A program made the position numbers and the translations under genes. The notes under the pieces are model-generated. The model was not told the origin of the DNA. It did no database searches and saw only the letters and a program-made list of their open reading frames with translations. DNA of 63,812 nt, filler included, from Octopus bimaculoides (Eukaryota): NCBI RefSeq assembly GCF_001194135.2. It is 5 parts of 5 records of this genome, joined end to end, with 100 filler letters (N's around TTAATTAATTAA, not from the genome) between each part and the next. Parts side by side here need not be neighbours in the genome. Positions count along the whole stretch, not along the records: positions 1 to 21,523 come from NC_068994.1; 4 more parts are not named here. One strand, 5' to 3'. Of the stretch, positions 1 through 13,125 are shown piece after piece. The number at the start of each line of letters is the position of its first letter. Position 1 is the stretch's first letter.

Positions 1-31
<31 letters not shown>

Positions 32-474
32 GTACATATATATATACACACACACACATATATGCATACACACATATATATGTATACATATTTATGTCTG
101 TGTGCATATGTGCGTGTGCACATGAGTATGTGTGGTGTGCATGTGTATGTGTGTATACATGTGTGTGTGTGTGTGTGTATGTGCGTGTGTGTGCACGTCT
201 GTGTGTATGTGCACCTAAGCACAAATACAGACCATGAAACTTTATAAAAATAAAAGAAAAAGAAAATAAAAATAAAAGAAATGAATAAACCATTAAGAAT
301 ATTTAATTCCAAATATAAGTATAGCCTAGTTGACTGTGTTATACTATCATACCATGTTACTAAGATATGCATTAATTAGCAGTTGTAATGTTAATAAATA
401 GGAATAGCTAAGTGGACAATCAATTATCAAAATTTCTATGCCTGTTATGTATTTATGTATGTATACGTACATAC

Positions 475-523
<49 letters not shown>

Positions 524-606
524 TTTATACACAGACATACACACACACATTTATATGTATAAAGATAGATAGACACACATATATACACACCTAACATCTA
601 TCTATC

Positions 607-646
<40 letters not shown>

Positions 647-669
647 TATATATTTACTACATATATATA

Positions 670-746
<77 letters not shown>

Positions 747-756
747 NNNNNNNNNN

Positions 757-805
<49 letters not shown>

Positions 806-905
806 CCAAACACATACGCACAAACACATACATTCCTAACAAATATATGTTTATATATATATGTTAAGTATGTGTGGGTATGCGTATATATATATATATA
901 TATAT
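1..905. repeat. Compound (TA)n/(TG)n/(CA)n microsatellite field, representative of dozens across the window
   Basis: Directly visible dinucleotide runs. The ORFs here are YI/CV/TH dipeptide translations. Confidence 0.95.
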
Positions 906-907
906 AT

Positions 908-1236
908 TACTTTTCAGTTGTTTCAGTTATTGATTTGATACTTATTCTGTTAATCTCTTTTTGTCATACTACGAAGTTGCTTGGTCTTAAACAAACCAAC
1001 ACCAGCTGGCAAACAGTGGTAGGGTACAAACTGAAAGATGCGCAAATACATATATATATATATCCACACACACACAGACACATATTACATCAAGCGTCTA
1101 CATAGCTTCCATCTATCAAATACACTCATAACATGGTATTAGAAGACACTTGCTGAAGGTAGCATGCAGTGGAATTGAACTTGAGACCATGTGTTAGCAA
1201 AAGTTAACTTCTTAATAACACAGCTATACTTGCACC

Positions 1237-1238
<2 letters not shown>
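908..1238 (-). mobile_element. Diverged tRNA-derived CORE-type SINE (octopus OR-like family)
   Basis: Same two-part layout as the better-preserved copies at 38553-39087 and 43955-44270, with strong CpG decay. Confidence 0.7.
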
Positions 1239-1270
<32 letters not shown>

Positions 1271-2084
1271 NNNNNNNNNNNNNNNNNNNNNNNNNNNNNN
1301 NNNNNNNNNNNNNNNNNNNNNNNNNNNNNNNNNNNNNNNNNNNNNNNNNNNNNNNNNNNNNNNNNNNNNNNNNNNNNNNNNNNNNNNNNNNNNNNNNNNN
1401 NNNNNNNNNNNNNNNNNNNNNNNNNNNNNNNNNNNNNNNNNNNNNNNNNNNNNNNNNNNNNNNNNNNNNNNNNNNNNNNNNNNNNNNNNNNNNNNNNNNN
1501 NNNNNNNNNNNNNNNNNNNNNNNNNNNNNNNNNNNNNNNNNNNNNNNNNNNNNNNNNNNNNNNNNNNNNNNNNNNNNNNNNNNNNNNNNNNNNNNNNNNN
1601 NNNNNNNNNNNNNNNNNNNNNNNNNNNNNNNNNNNNNNNNNNNNNNNNNNNNNNNNNNNNNNNNNNNNNNNNNNNNNNNNNNNNNNNNNNNNNNNNNNNN
1701 NNNNNNNNNNNNNNNNNNNNNNNNNNNNNNNNNNNNNNNNNNNNNNNNNNNNNNNNNNNNNNNNNNNNNNNNNNNNNNNNNNNNNNNNNNNNNNNNNNNN
1801 NNNNNNNNNNNNNNNNNNNNNNNNNNNNNNNNNNNNNNNNNNNNNNNNNNNNNNNNNNNNNNNNNNNNNNNNNNNNNNNNNNNNNNNNNNNNNNNNNNNN
1901 NNNNNNNNNNNNNNNNNNNNNNNNNNNNNNNNNNNNNNNNNNNNNNNNNNNNNNNNNNNNNNNNNNNNNNNNNNNNNNNNNNNNNNNNNNNNNNNNNNNN
2001 NNNNNNNNNNNNNNNNNNNNNNNNNNNNNNNNNNNNNNNNNNNNNNNNNNNNNNNNNNNNNNNNNNNNNNNNNNNNNNNNNNNN

Positions 2085-2163
<79 letters not shown>

Positions 2164-2199
2164 TCTTTATGATGTTTAGGTTAGGTGATTACATATCTA

Positions 2200-2592
2200 T
2201 TTTTTGTTTCAGTCATTAGACTGTGGCCATGCTGGAGCAATGCCTTGGAGAATCTTAGTTGAGCAAATTGACCCTGGTTCATTATTGTTTTCAAGCAAAG
2301 TACTTATTCTATCAGTCTCTTTGCTGAACTGCTAAGTTACAGACTTGTAAACTCACTAATACTAGTTGCCAAGTAATTGTGAGAGACAAAGACACACATA
2401 CACATGCACACACAGACACACACTCACATACACATGTACATATACATATATTTATAGTGGGCTTCCTTCAGTTTCCATCTGCCAAATTTATTCACTAGGC
2501 CCTGGTCAACCCAAGGCTGTAATAGAATATATTCACCCAGTGGGACTGAACACAGAACCATGTGGCTGGAAAGCAAACTTATCACACACCCA
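2200..2592 (-). mobile_element. tRNA-derived CORE-type SINE, full length, with internal (CA)/(TA) microsatellite
   Basis: 3' part gtttcagtcattagactgtggccatgctggagc; 5' part gggcttccttcagtttcc...gtgggactgaacacagaaccatgtgg. Confidence 0.8.
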
Positions 2593-3968
2593 TACTTGTT
2601 TGCACACACACACACACACACTTTTACAAACATATGCGCACATATAGCATGCATATGTATTTCTGTATATGGGTATGTGTGGGTGTGACAGTATATATGT
2701 GTGTGTGGGTGGGTGTGACAGTGTACTTGTGTGTATGTGTGTGTATGATATTTTTTATATATTTGAAACTAAAATTTGTGTGACAATTTTACCAAAGACA
2801 GGATTTGAAAAATTCTAGTAAAATTAGTTGCCGTAAATATTTATCATTGACCCTATGAAACATTTAAGTAATGTTTTTAACAGCTACATGTGAAAGTATA
2901 AATATATTTGTAAGAAAGAATATAAACTGCCATCTCAGTGAAATGCTGAAGTTAAACTAATTTTACAGAAATAACAGAAATGAAGAATAAGACTCAGATA
3001 CCATACCCCCACCCAAAAAAATAACATGAAAATAACTGAATGCATTTAAGCCTTTCAATACCAATCTGTCCAAGACTACTCCTCCTTCCTTTTATGATCC
3101 AAACATTTTGATTTAAAGTGATCTATATCCTAACCATCCATCAGAATTTCATGTTAATTTATGTTCCAAACACCAGTTTAATAATGATGAAGTTATTTAA
3201 CTAAATTCTTCCTTATTTTCAAAATTTATTGAAACAAAACCAGTGAATTCCAAAAGACTTCTTATAGCAAAAGTGCTCCGTATAACTTGCATAAAATACC
3301 TGAAGAAAGTTACTTTGGAGTCGGTGATACGGAGTGAAAAATAAATACATAGAAAAGAAACATTAGAAAAAAAAATCAGAAAACACCACCAACAATAATA
3401 ATGACAAGAATAGCAGCAACAACGATAGCAACAAAAACAATGCTTAGTTATGAGATTCTTTAAGAAACAACAGAGAATAAACTTGGGTGATATGATAAAA
3501 GTTTTGCAGGAGTATCGAACAACATGCAAATACAGTTACACAGCTAGAAAAAAATTTTTCTTTAAAATATGAATAGACAAAATCATCAACCTTTACCTTA
3601 TTTCTTTTGATGCTATTCTGGGTAGTACAAAGTTTAACAAGTTCCAAGTTACAGGGAATAGTCACAAGAGAAATGAATGAATCAATCTGTGCAATGCCCA
3701 AACTATAATTTTTTTTTTTTCCAATTGTACCAAGATAGGATAAATGTTAGAAAGATCCTAACAAAATTATGTTCAACTCTGTAGTTGAGAGTTGATAAAA
3801 CTCCTTGTTTGTATGAAGCTGTTAAGATATTTTATCTCTTTTGAATTTCAAATCAGTATTAAATAAGGAAAATATTCAGTGAGGCAATGTTTCAAACTTC
3901 CTCTCAGGTAGTTTCTGTCAGTGTCGAGAAGAATTGACAAAAAGTAGGGGAACCAACCAGCTACTTAC

Positions 3969-4112
3969 TTGTAGAAATCTATCCTTATTCTGATGTGTGT
4001 ATCCTGCAGTCGATTTGTGTGATAGCTGCTGCGGCTGCGGCTGCTGCTGTTGCTGCTGTTGTGTGACAGCACAGCTATATGGCTGTGTTATGGGAATGCG
4101 AGTGAGATACAT
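3969..4112 (-). CDS. Candidate first exon of a leftward gene (48 codons, polyQ); may instead be 5' UTR
   Basis: Minus strand ATG at 4112 reads MYLTRIPITQPYSCAVTQQQQQQQPQPQQLSHKSTAGYTHQNKDRFLQ and ends in phase 0 at CAA|GTAAGT (donor 3968-3963). Locally GC-rich. No homology recognised. Confidence 0.3.
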
Positions 4113-5362
4113 AAAAAGAGAGTGAGAGAGAGTGAAAGTGATTGATTGAAAGAGTATGTATGTGCATGAGAGAGAGAGAGAGAGAAAGAGAGGCATACAT
4201 GTTCATTCACAGTGAGTTAGTGACAGTAAGAGAAATATAGAAACTGATGGATAGAAAGAAAGGCAGGTATACAGAGAGAGAAGAGGAGGGGGGAGAGTGG
4301 GGTGAAAGAGCAGGAGAGAAGATTTAGATGAAGAAAGCAATATAAAGAGATATAGGGAGACAAAATAGAGAGAAAGCAAGAGAAAATAGAGAGGTCTTCA
4401 GTTCTATGAAGTGTGATGTGTATATAATGTCTGCTGTAGCCACTGAGTCACTGATTAAACTTTACATGGGAAGAAAAACCAAAACCTTGCTTCTTCCATT
4501 CCTTGAAGCATGAAAACAAATTGTTTATTATGTTTGTTTTTCTGTTCATCAATTTGTGTTTGATTTGCTTACTATCTAGCTATTTGTGTATATTTGTATA
4601 TGTGTATATAACTGTTTATATATACATCTATGTCAAGGTATATGTTTAGAGATGTGTATATACATGATTATATATACNNNNNNNNNNNNNNNNNNNNNNN
4701 NNNNNNNNNNNNNNNNNNNNNNNNNNNNNNNNNNNNNNNNNNNNNNNNNNNNNNNNNNNNNNNNNNNNNNNNNNNNNNNNNNNNNNNNNNNNNNNNNNNN
4801 NNNNNNNNNNNNNNNNNNNNNNNNNNNNNNNNNNNNNNNNNNNNNNNNNNNNNNNNNNNNNNNNNNNNNNNNNNNNNNNNNNNNNNNNNNNNNNNNNNNN
4901 NNNNNNNNNNNNNNNNNNNNNNNNNNNNNNNNNNNNNNNNNNNNNNNNNNNNNNNNNNNNNNNNNNNNNNNNNNNNNNNNNNNNNNNNNNNNNNNNNNNN
5001 NNNNNNNNNNNNNNNNNNNNNNNNNNNNNNNNNNNNNNNNNNNNNNNNNNNNNNNNNNNNNNNNNNNNNNNNNNNNNNNNNNNNNNNNNNNNNNNNNNNN
5101 NNNNNNNNNNNNNNNNNNNNNNNNNNNNNNNNNNNNNNNNNNNNNNNNNNNNNNNNNNNNNNNNNNNNNNNNNNNNNNNNNNNNNNNNNNNNNNNNNNNN
5201 NNNNNNNNNNNNNNNNNNNNNNNNNNNNNNNNNNNNNNNNNNNNNNNNNNNNNNNNNNNNNNNNNNNNNNNNNNNNNNNNNNNNNNNNNNNNNNNNNNNN
5301 NNNNNNNNNNNNNNNNNNNNNNNNNNNNNNNNNNNNNNNNNNNNNNNNNNNNNNNNNNNNNN

Positions 5363-5395
<33 letters not shown>

Positions 5396-7744
5396 GCACT
5401 CACTCATATAAATACACATATATACATGTGAATGTATATACTTGCAAGTATGTATAAAAGTGAAAGTATGTGTAAGCTAAGTGTTTATGTGAACACAAGT
5501 GATTTATACATGTATATGCATACATTTTAAGCCTGTGGAGGTATATAAGGAATAATGCTTGAATGGGTGGGATGGGGTATTTTGAGGTGAGGATGGTGGG
5601 TTTTCTTTTAAAGAAATTTTAATACTTTCCTTGATGGTAATTATTTGATCCTAATTTTTGATTAGCATATATATACATAATTTTAATTAAGAAAAATTTA
5701 ACTTAAAATTTGGAAATACATGAAATCTAGGTTAATAGTTGCAATTTGATAGCTTGTGCCCATATTGAAGAAACACAAATTTTCTAAAACTCTATAAATA
5801 AACTACCAATACCATAAATGGAAAGTATTGATTTTTTTTTCTTGGTTTCAAAGATTACTTCAGTTTTAATTCTCACACCCTGAGTATTCTGAAGATTGTC
5901 AATGAATTTAACAACGTCTAATTGAATTAAGGGGAAAATCTTTCATGTTGAAAATTATCGTCTAATCAAGAATTAAGACTTGCATCAACGTGATTAAATT
6001 TCTAATGCGGTGTTAGGAAGTGTGGAGATCTTAAAGATATAAACAGGCGTAAACAATGATCTTCTATTGATTTCTCATAGAAAGCAATGTATTAAGAAAT
6101 GATTCTCACCAAGCAATTAGCATGATTAGTAATATTCAATTAAATTAAGTGTAGATGAAATATTTTCCGAATGAAAATTATTCCTTACTAAACAATTAGA
6201 ATGTTAAAAATTTTCAATTTGCTCTTCACAATCTCCCATCGTTTTCAGCTTTTCCCAACCCACTGCATTAGAGAAGAGAGAGGAAAAAAAGGATGAAAAG
6301 AAGACAAAATAAAACCAAAGAAAAATACACAGAATAAAATAAAGTTATATTTTTTTTTAAATATCTAATAAAATTGAAGAAATTTTTTTAAAAAATGAAC
6401 AAAATAGAAATGGTTTCTTTGCAAAATATTTTTGTGTTGGCCTCCAGCTAATTTTCTATCAAAATGATAAAATAAGAAACAAACTAATAATTGAACAAAC
6501 TATAGTCAGTTTAAGGGATTTTGAATTAAAAAAAAAAAATGGTTAAAAAAACACTAAAGTACAAAATTTGGTAAAGGAAGTTGTTTTTTTCCCTGAAGAC
6601 ATTATAAAGAAAGCAAAACTAAATGATAGTAAAAAGATGAAACCTGTCAGAAAAATATTGAGAAAATTACATTCTTTAATTTCTCATCAGTTGCATGGGA
6701 AGAATATTTTAAAGACATGTGCTGGTTTTGAATAGGGCTTGTATTTTGCACTCATTGGTCAATAAAAGACACATGAACCTCCAGTGTTAAATGGTTCTAA
6801 AAGGAACATAAAATGTCACATAAATAAATAAATAAATAAATAAATAAATACGCAAATGAATAAAATATATTTAAAAAAAACTCCAACAAACACCCTTTTT
6901 ACACTATTGGGAGTATGGGAAAATAGAAAGAAACAACATATTGGATTTCTTTGCCAATAATTGATAGCACTAAATCCATCTCTGAACTGCCAGTTTCAGC
7001 TGTGGCTACTAAGTGACCAGTTGTATAGGAAACAAAAAGAAAGAAATGTTGGTAATGTTTATCATATTACAAAACATACATACATACTATGTGTGTGTGT
7101 GTGTGTGTGTGTGTATACTCACATATGTACATACACACACATATATATATATACATACATATGAAAGAACAAAATGGATTTAGCATGTAAAAAAAAGCAA
7201 ACACAAACATGAAACCTCATAAAGAGTATATGCTAAAATATAAAGTAGTTGTCTCAAACCACACACAATAACACAGCGTTGCAAGTGAGCACTTGTAAAA
7301 TCTTAGCTTTTGTTGTTAAGCACAGAATATTTATCATGTCACACAGAACATGCAATATCAAGCTGGACAACTGATATTATCAAATATACCCATTCCAAGC
7401 CAAGATATTACACAAACACAAAATCCTTCTGCCAGTAACTTTACATCTTGTTGTGCTTTCAACATGAGTAAGTCATCAGTTCTAAGAACTATTCACATTT
7501 TTGAAGTACTGAAGAAGACCACTCACTGCTATAGCGATGTCTGATTGTCAGCTTTGACACCATTGTTGTCATTGACGTTGGCATCACCAATTCTAAGATG
7601 ATATTCACCAGAACTATTAAGGCTACCAGCAACATTGCAGTTGTTGTTGTTGTTGTGTTGTTGTTATTATTATTATCATTGTTGTTGTTGTTATTACTGA
7701 TGATGTTGTTACTGTTGTAATTATTATTATTATTATTATCATTC

Positions 7745-7955
7745 AAGGCAGAATTGTTAGCACACTGGATAAAATGCTGAGAAATATTTCATCCATCGCT
7801 ATGTTTTGAGTTCAAATTCTGCCGAGGTTGACTTTAGGTTTCATCCTTTCGTGGTCGATAAGTTGAGTACCAGTCAAATACTGGGGTTGATGTGATCGAC
7901 TTAAGCCCTCACCCAAAATTTCAGGCCTTATGCCTACAGTAGAAAGGATCATTAT
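7745..7955 (+). mobile_element. tRNA-derived SINE of a second family (Meta/Nin-like central domain)
   Basis: B-box gagttcaaattc followed by gaggttgactttaggtttcatcctttcgtggtcgataagttgagtaccag; flanked by (TTA)n. Other copies at about 9555-9750(+), 13560-13725(-), 19650-19860(+), 35737-35950(+), 36068-36270(+), 38330-38490(+), 62815-62975(+). The superfamily label is tentative. Confidence 0.75.
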
Positions 7956-7998
7956 TATCATTGTTGCTGTTGTTATTATTGTTGTTGTTACTGTTGTA

Positions 7999-8042
<44 letters not shown>

Positions 8043-8139
8043 CATCATCATTATTATTATTATTATTGTTATTATTATTATTATCAGTGAAAGCAGAGAG
8101 CTGGCAGAATCATTAACCTGCTGGATGAAATGTTGTTAA

Positions 8140-8330
8140 ATATTTGAAATACAAGAGTGGAAAAACAGCCAACAACTGATGAAGGGTCGTTCTTTGTGTT
8201 GTTTGTCTTGTTTTCCATTTGTGTCTTTAATGGTTTGAAAAAATAGTTCATATTTCATGTACTCATACTTCGTAATTTTTGTTGTACACGTTTTTGTGAT
8301 GTCCTGTGCCCACATATGCATATATATATA
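8140..8330. repeat. Unclassified interspersed repeat, second copy at about 53560-53790
   Basis: Shared block acagc...tga..aagggtcgttctttgtgtt..ttgtc.tg..ttccattt and a shared ..cctgt.c...atatgcatata end. Confidence 0.65.
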
Positions 8331-8493
8331 TATATATATANNNNNNNNNNNNNNNNNNNNNNNNNNNNNNNNNNNNNNNNNNNNNNNNNNNNNNNNNNNN
8401 NNNNNNNNNNNNNNNNNNNNNNNNNNNNNNNNNNNNNNNNNNNNNNNNNNNNNNNNNNNNNNNNNNNNNNNNNNNNNATATATTGTTATTAAA

Positions 8494-9343
8494 GTTATTA
8501 CTACAGAAATTATAGCCAACACCGTTTTTTTGCTACAACATTTCGTATTGAGAAGTCAGATGTAAAAAAGCAATGAGATCGGAGATAAAAATGGGTAATG
8601 AATGTATATGCCATATTTCAGACGTTTCTATTCCTTCATCTGCACCCATCTAATCTGCTCTTGCCTCCGAACACATTGCCTACATAGCCACTGCATACAG
8701 CGGTGTTAAGTTATTGCATATACCAATTTACATATTAAACACATTCCTAGGTGTAAATATTTATGACTTGTAGGCATGTAGTATTTCGTTATGCAACCAT
8801 AACATATTATAAAGTATATTAAATGTTTTTATGAATGAACACCATGTTCTACTGTGTTAGCAGTACTCTTTACATCATTTTGTTTAGGTTATTTCTACAG
8901 AAATTATAGCTAGCCCTGATATTTTGCGACAACATTTCATATCGAGACGTCAGATGTGGTTTACATGGTGTTGACCCATAACAAAGTACCACGTGTCTAT
9001 AAGTCATTAATATTTACATACCAGCTCCAGGAATGTGTTTAATATGTAAATTGGTATATCCAATAACTTAACACCGCTGTATGCAGTGGCTATATAAGCA
9101 ATGTGTTTGGAGACAAGAGTGGATTAGATGGGTGCTGATGAAGGGGCAAAACCTCCAAAATATGACATATAGACTCATTATCCATTTTTGTCTCTGATCT
9201 CATTGTTTCTTTACATCCGATGATGTCTCAATACAAAATGTTGTATTGCTAATGCAATAGAACATTCCTAAAAACATTTAATATTCTTTATAGTATATTA
9301 TGGCTGCATAACGAAATATCACATGCCTACAAGTCATTAATAT
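8494..9343. repeat. Fold-back of a 394-bp tandem unit carrying hammerhead-like motifs (Penelope pLTR/retrozyme-like)
   Basis: Direct repeat 8494/8888. Inverted pairs 8534-8748 vs 9029-9245 and 8755-8837 vs 9263-9343. Confidence 0.8.
9128..9178 (+). ncRNA. Degenerate type I hammerhead ribozyme (G12->A); sister copy on minus strand at 8593-8655
   Basis: ATGGGTG CTGATGA A GGGG caaaac CTCC AAAA TATG a CATA TA GACTCAT. Stems I, II and III can all be drawn. Confidence 0.55.
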
Positions 9344-10056
9344 ATATACATATGTATGTATATACACATAAATGTATAAGCACATGCACACACACACACA
9401 TATATATGCAAGCATATATATATATATATATATATATGCAGACATAACCATGTATGAATTTGTGCATGTCAAAATGATGTAATTTTTTGGGAAAAAGCCC
9501 CCCAAAAATGGTGTTCTTAAAATGAAGTTCCTTGCAATATTTGTTTTCCACTAAGGCAACAAGCTGGCAGAAATGTTAACATGCTGGGCGAAATGCTTAG
9601 CAGTATTTCATCTGTCTTTATGTTCTGAGTTCAAATTCTGCCAAGGTCGACTTTGCCTTTCATCCTTTTGGGGGTCGATAAATTAAGTACCAGTTGCATA
9701 GTCTCCACCTCAAAAATTTCGAACCTTGTGCCTAGAGTAGAAAAGAATATTTGTTCTCTACTGAATTACTGAAACTCCCATACTGTTTTGTTCTTCAAGA
9801 ACTGAAGCTGCAAATTAGCAATTTGTCTATTGGAAATCTGTAACAACAATTACAATATAGAATTAATATAAAAATAATAATGAACTTATAGTATATATTG
9901 CTCAGGTGCACTACAAGCTCAGAGCATCAACATCATTTTATTTAGCTGCTCTATATACAACTATCTCTGAGATTTTCATTATAAAATTTCGAAAAATATT
10001 TTATAAAATTTTATACATAGACAGATAACACCTATTTAATTTTATCTATGCTTTCA

Positions 10057-10223
10057 TCCTTTAGCATTTAAACTGGCCATATCTAGCTCAAATATTCTAC
10101 CTGTTTAATGTTAAAACTGGCTCAATCCATCCCCTCAGAGTTGCAAGATAATGCATGATTAGTTCAAAACAATGTCAATAAATAAGCATTACCTTTGACA
10201 GCATAATCTGAAAGCTAAAGAGT
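10057..10223. mobile_element. piggyBac-type MITE, diverged copy
   Basis: Ends cctttagcatttaaac...ctgaaagctaaagag|ttaa match the 18887-19092 element. Partial copy at about 36281-36328. Confidence 0.6.
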
Positions 10224-10589
10224 TAAGTGACCTTTTGTCTAAATGGGATGATTCATAATTATCTTAATCACAATCTACATTTTTCAGGTCAGAGACTTCT
10301 TTCATTCTACTTTTGGTCAAGCTCAAACAACTTGTCTTTGTTATTTAACTCAAAGTCAATACTTTGCATGAGCAAGCCTATGATCAAAGCATGCCATCAG
10401 GAACATCTCATCATTTTTGAGGACTGTTACCAAAGACTATATTACCCAATGTACTTTGTTCTTATAAAAGACAATAGGGCATAATTTTAGAGAGATTTGG
10501 CCACTGTTTCTAGAAAGTCAAGCGACTATGTTGGCTTGTATTAAAAAAACAGCCATTTTTATAAACAGAAAATTGTTTTCCTTCCCTAC

Positions 10590-10720
10590 ATATCATCATC
10601 ATCATCATCTCTTAACATCTACTTTTCTGGGTTTTCATGAGTTGGACAAGATTATGCTGAGACAGAGTTGACTTCAACCAGATATTTCTATCTTGATGTA
10701 ATAATCTCCCAATCCATCAA
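10590..10720 (-). mobile_element. 3' end of RTE-related repeat with (GAT)n tail; similar pieces at 18320-18500(+) and 21020-21130(-)
   Basis: Resembles the ccaacccatg..agcatggaaa..gga.gttaaa.gatgatgat terminus of the RTE at 61090-61980. Confidence 0.55.
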
Positions 10721-11449
10721 ACAACAAGCAATCTAAACATGTTTAAATGAAGAACTGGGAACAGATGATCCCATAGAAATGAGTCCTTTGTTTACAAAGA
10801 TTGTGCAACATATCAGACATACTAAGAAGCCCAGATGTGCTTTGTAGTGGACTACTAGCAAACAACACCATTAATAAAGCCATTGTTTATAATCACCTTC
10901 CTTTTACCATAACATGATATTTATAGATTATAATAATCAACACATAAGCACATTTTCAGGTTTAGTATTCTGAAAAAATATTTGTAAATTAAAGGAGAGT
11001 GATTAACAGTAGCAATTCTACTGCATAGCACCTTGGACAAGTTTCTTTTACTATAGTCCTGGGCCAACCAAAGCTTTGAGAGTGGATTTAACAGACAGAC
11101 ACTGAAATAAGCCCATTGTATATGTGTTTGTTGTTGTTCTTCACCAACACTTGACAACTTAGCTTCTTTACATCCTTGTAACTTAGCAGTTCACCAAAAG
11201 CTAACATTAGAATAAGTACCAGATTAAGAAGAACTAAGTACAGTAGTCAATTCGTTTCATTAAATCCTTTCTAGTGCCCCAGTGTGGCAGCAGTTCAAGT
11301 AAAAGATAAAAGATAACTAGTGGGACAACTCAATATTTTCTGGTGTAGTGAAGAAGCTTATTGACCTCTAATGGAAAGGAGCTCTTTTATCAATCTGCTT
11401 GGATTCCTATGCTTCTAAATTAGTGTTGCAATTTTACTCTGTCTCTACT

Positions 11450-12455
11450 CTGCCCAATGCTTTTTTAAGCATTGGCTATGTGGGGCCTTTTTTGCCAATG
11501 CTTTATCATGGCACTTCTTGTCCAACTTTAGCTTAGATTTTAGTCTTTCCATAATTTTTTTTCGCTCACTCACCTCCTTTCTTTTATTTTTCACAACTAA
11601 ATTTCTTTTCAATGTGTGTTTTGTTTTTGTTGGCTACCTTGAAGAGAGAAAACTTATTTCTGTTTACACTTGTATTTCACAACTATTTGTATTGACTTTC
11701 TAGTATTCTTTTCTAGATATTCTCGCAGTGTAATTTACTGCCTCATCTACAGACAAACACCGTCAACCACTTGCTTCCAGAATTCTCTCTTTTGTATTTC
11801 TCTTGGTAAATCACTCTTCAGTAGACCAAAGGTTTCAATTGGTTGGTTGATAATTTTTCTGATCGCCTTTCTATGAGCATTTGACTCATTACATCATCCT
11901 TGATATGAAAGCAGTGTCCACAGAATCTGTCTTCTTTCCTTTATGGTGGAGATAACTATTAGAGGATTACCCCAAAAGAACCTGGTTTGTTGCATGAGAC
12001 CACCATTTGATGTTTAAATGTAACTCTCAGAAGTCTTGTGCATGTTCCATCTAGTTTTCTTTCCAGTACCAAAGTTAGAGTCCATGTAGTGCTGCTGTAT
12101 AATAGTTTTCCAGCTACATACATAAAACCTCTAACTCTTTATATTCATGGTAAATATCTTTCTATATCAGACATTATTTTTCCTGTTATGCAATCTGGTC
12201 TTTCTTGGTTTCATTACCTTCCAATTGAGAATTTTGTAATTGTACAGTATTTTTCTGACAGTAAGAGTACTGATATCCATTACCTTATTATTTTTTCTTT
12301 TGCATTTGCATTTATTTTGCATTTAGTTCTGTTTTAAGTATTAATCTAATGCATCTACAATATTCCTTCCTAATCTTTGCTTTCATTTCTCTGTATTCCA
12401 CATTGTCTACTTCATTGATTCCTAAGTATTTGTATAACTTTGGTCTAATTCTCTT
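11450..12455 (-). pseudogene. Degenerate R4/Dong-clade LINE, RT thumb and downstream region, interrupted by an RTE-type piece
   Basis: Minus strand from 12434: YKYLGINEVDNVEYREMKAKIRKEYCRCIRLILKTELNAK, then SDIERYL. Many stops and frameshifts. Confidence 0.7.
11880..12110 (-). pseudogene. RTE/RTEX-type LINE RT C-terminal fragment
   Basis: KLLYSSTTWTLTLVLERKLDGTCTRLLR resembles the LLYGxExWTLTxxLExKLDGxYTRxLR motif. Confidence 0.6.
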
Positions 12456-13049
12456 ATCTTAGTGTTTTCTTTTTTTTTTATCTAGCATGTTATTAGTGTT
12501 TTTGATTAATTTTTATCCTCTTCAAGGTTACCTTCACACGTCATCACCATCATTGTCTTCATCGTTGTCATCATCTTCACTACTGCTATCACTATCAGCA
12601 TCATCATTCTTTCTTACTGTCATTGTCCACATCATTACCGTCATCATCATCGTCAATGTTATCATCATTGGTACTGTCATTGTCATCATCAGCATTATCA
12701 TCCTCATCAATATTGTCATCATCATAATCATCATCTGCTATAATAATATTCCATCACAACATGTGAATGAGAAAGGAAGGGGTGATAGATGAATAAGGCA
12801 GGAAGGAAGGAAGGGGTGATGGCAAACTGGTAGTAGGGGCGTTTCAACTCTGTGTTAGTATATGTGTGTGTAAAAGGGAGGCATGTGAATGTGTGTGTGT
12901 GTGTGTATGTGTGTGTGTGTGTGTGTATGCAAGTGTGTGTGTGTATGCGAGTGTGTGTGTGTATGTGTGTGTGGTTTGTGCAATGGAAGTGGAATGGTGA
13001 ACATTCAACGCTGAAAAGAAAAATCAAACAGTGTTTCAACTCTGTCTGA

Positions 13050-13125
<76 letters not shown>

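Noticed and set aside
24-1105. Many ORFs with YI/CV/TH/IIII/polyE runs or spanning N, here and throughout the window
   Set aside because: Translations of microsatellites and gaps; no coding signal.
6655-6695. Other CTGATGA/CTGAAGA occurrences (about 5890, 6690, 7475, 13450, 17890, 24012, 45525, 49555, 56550, 60922)
   Set aside because: No correctly placed GAAA, stem II or UH plus stem I; expected by chance.
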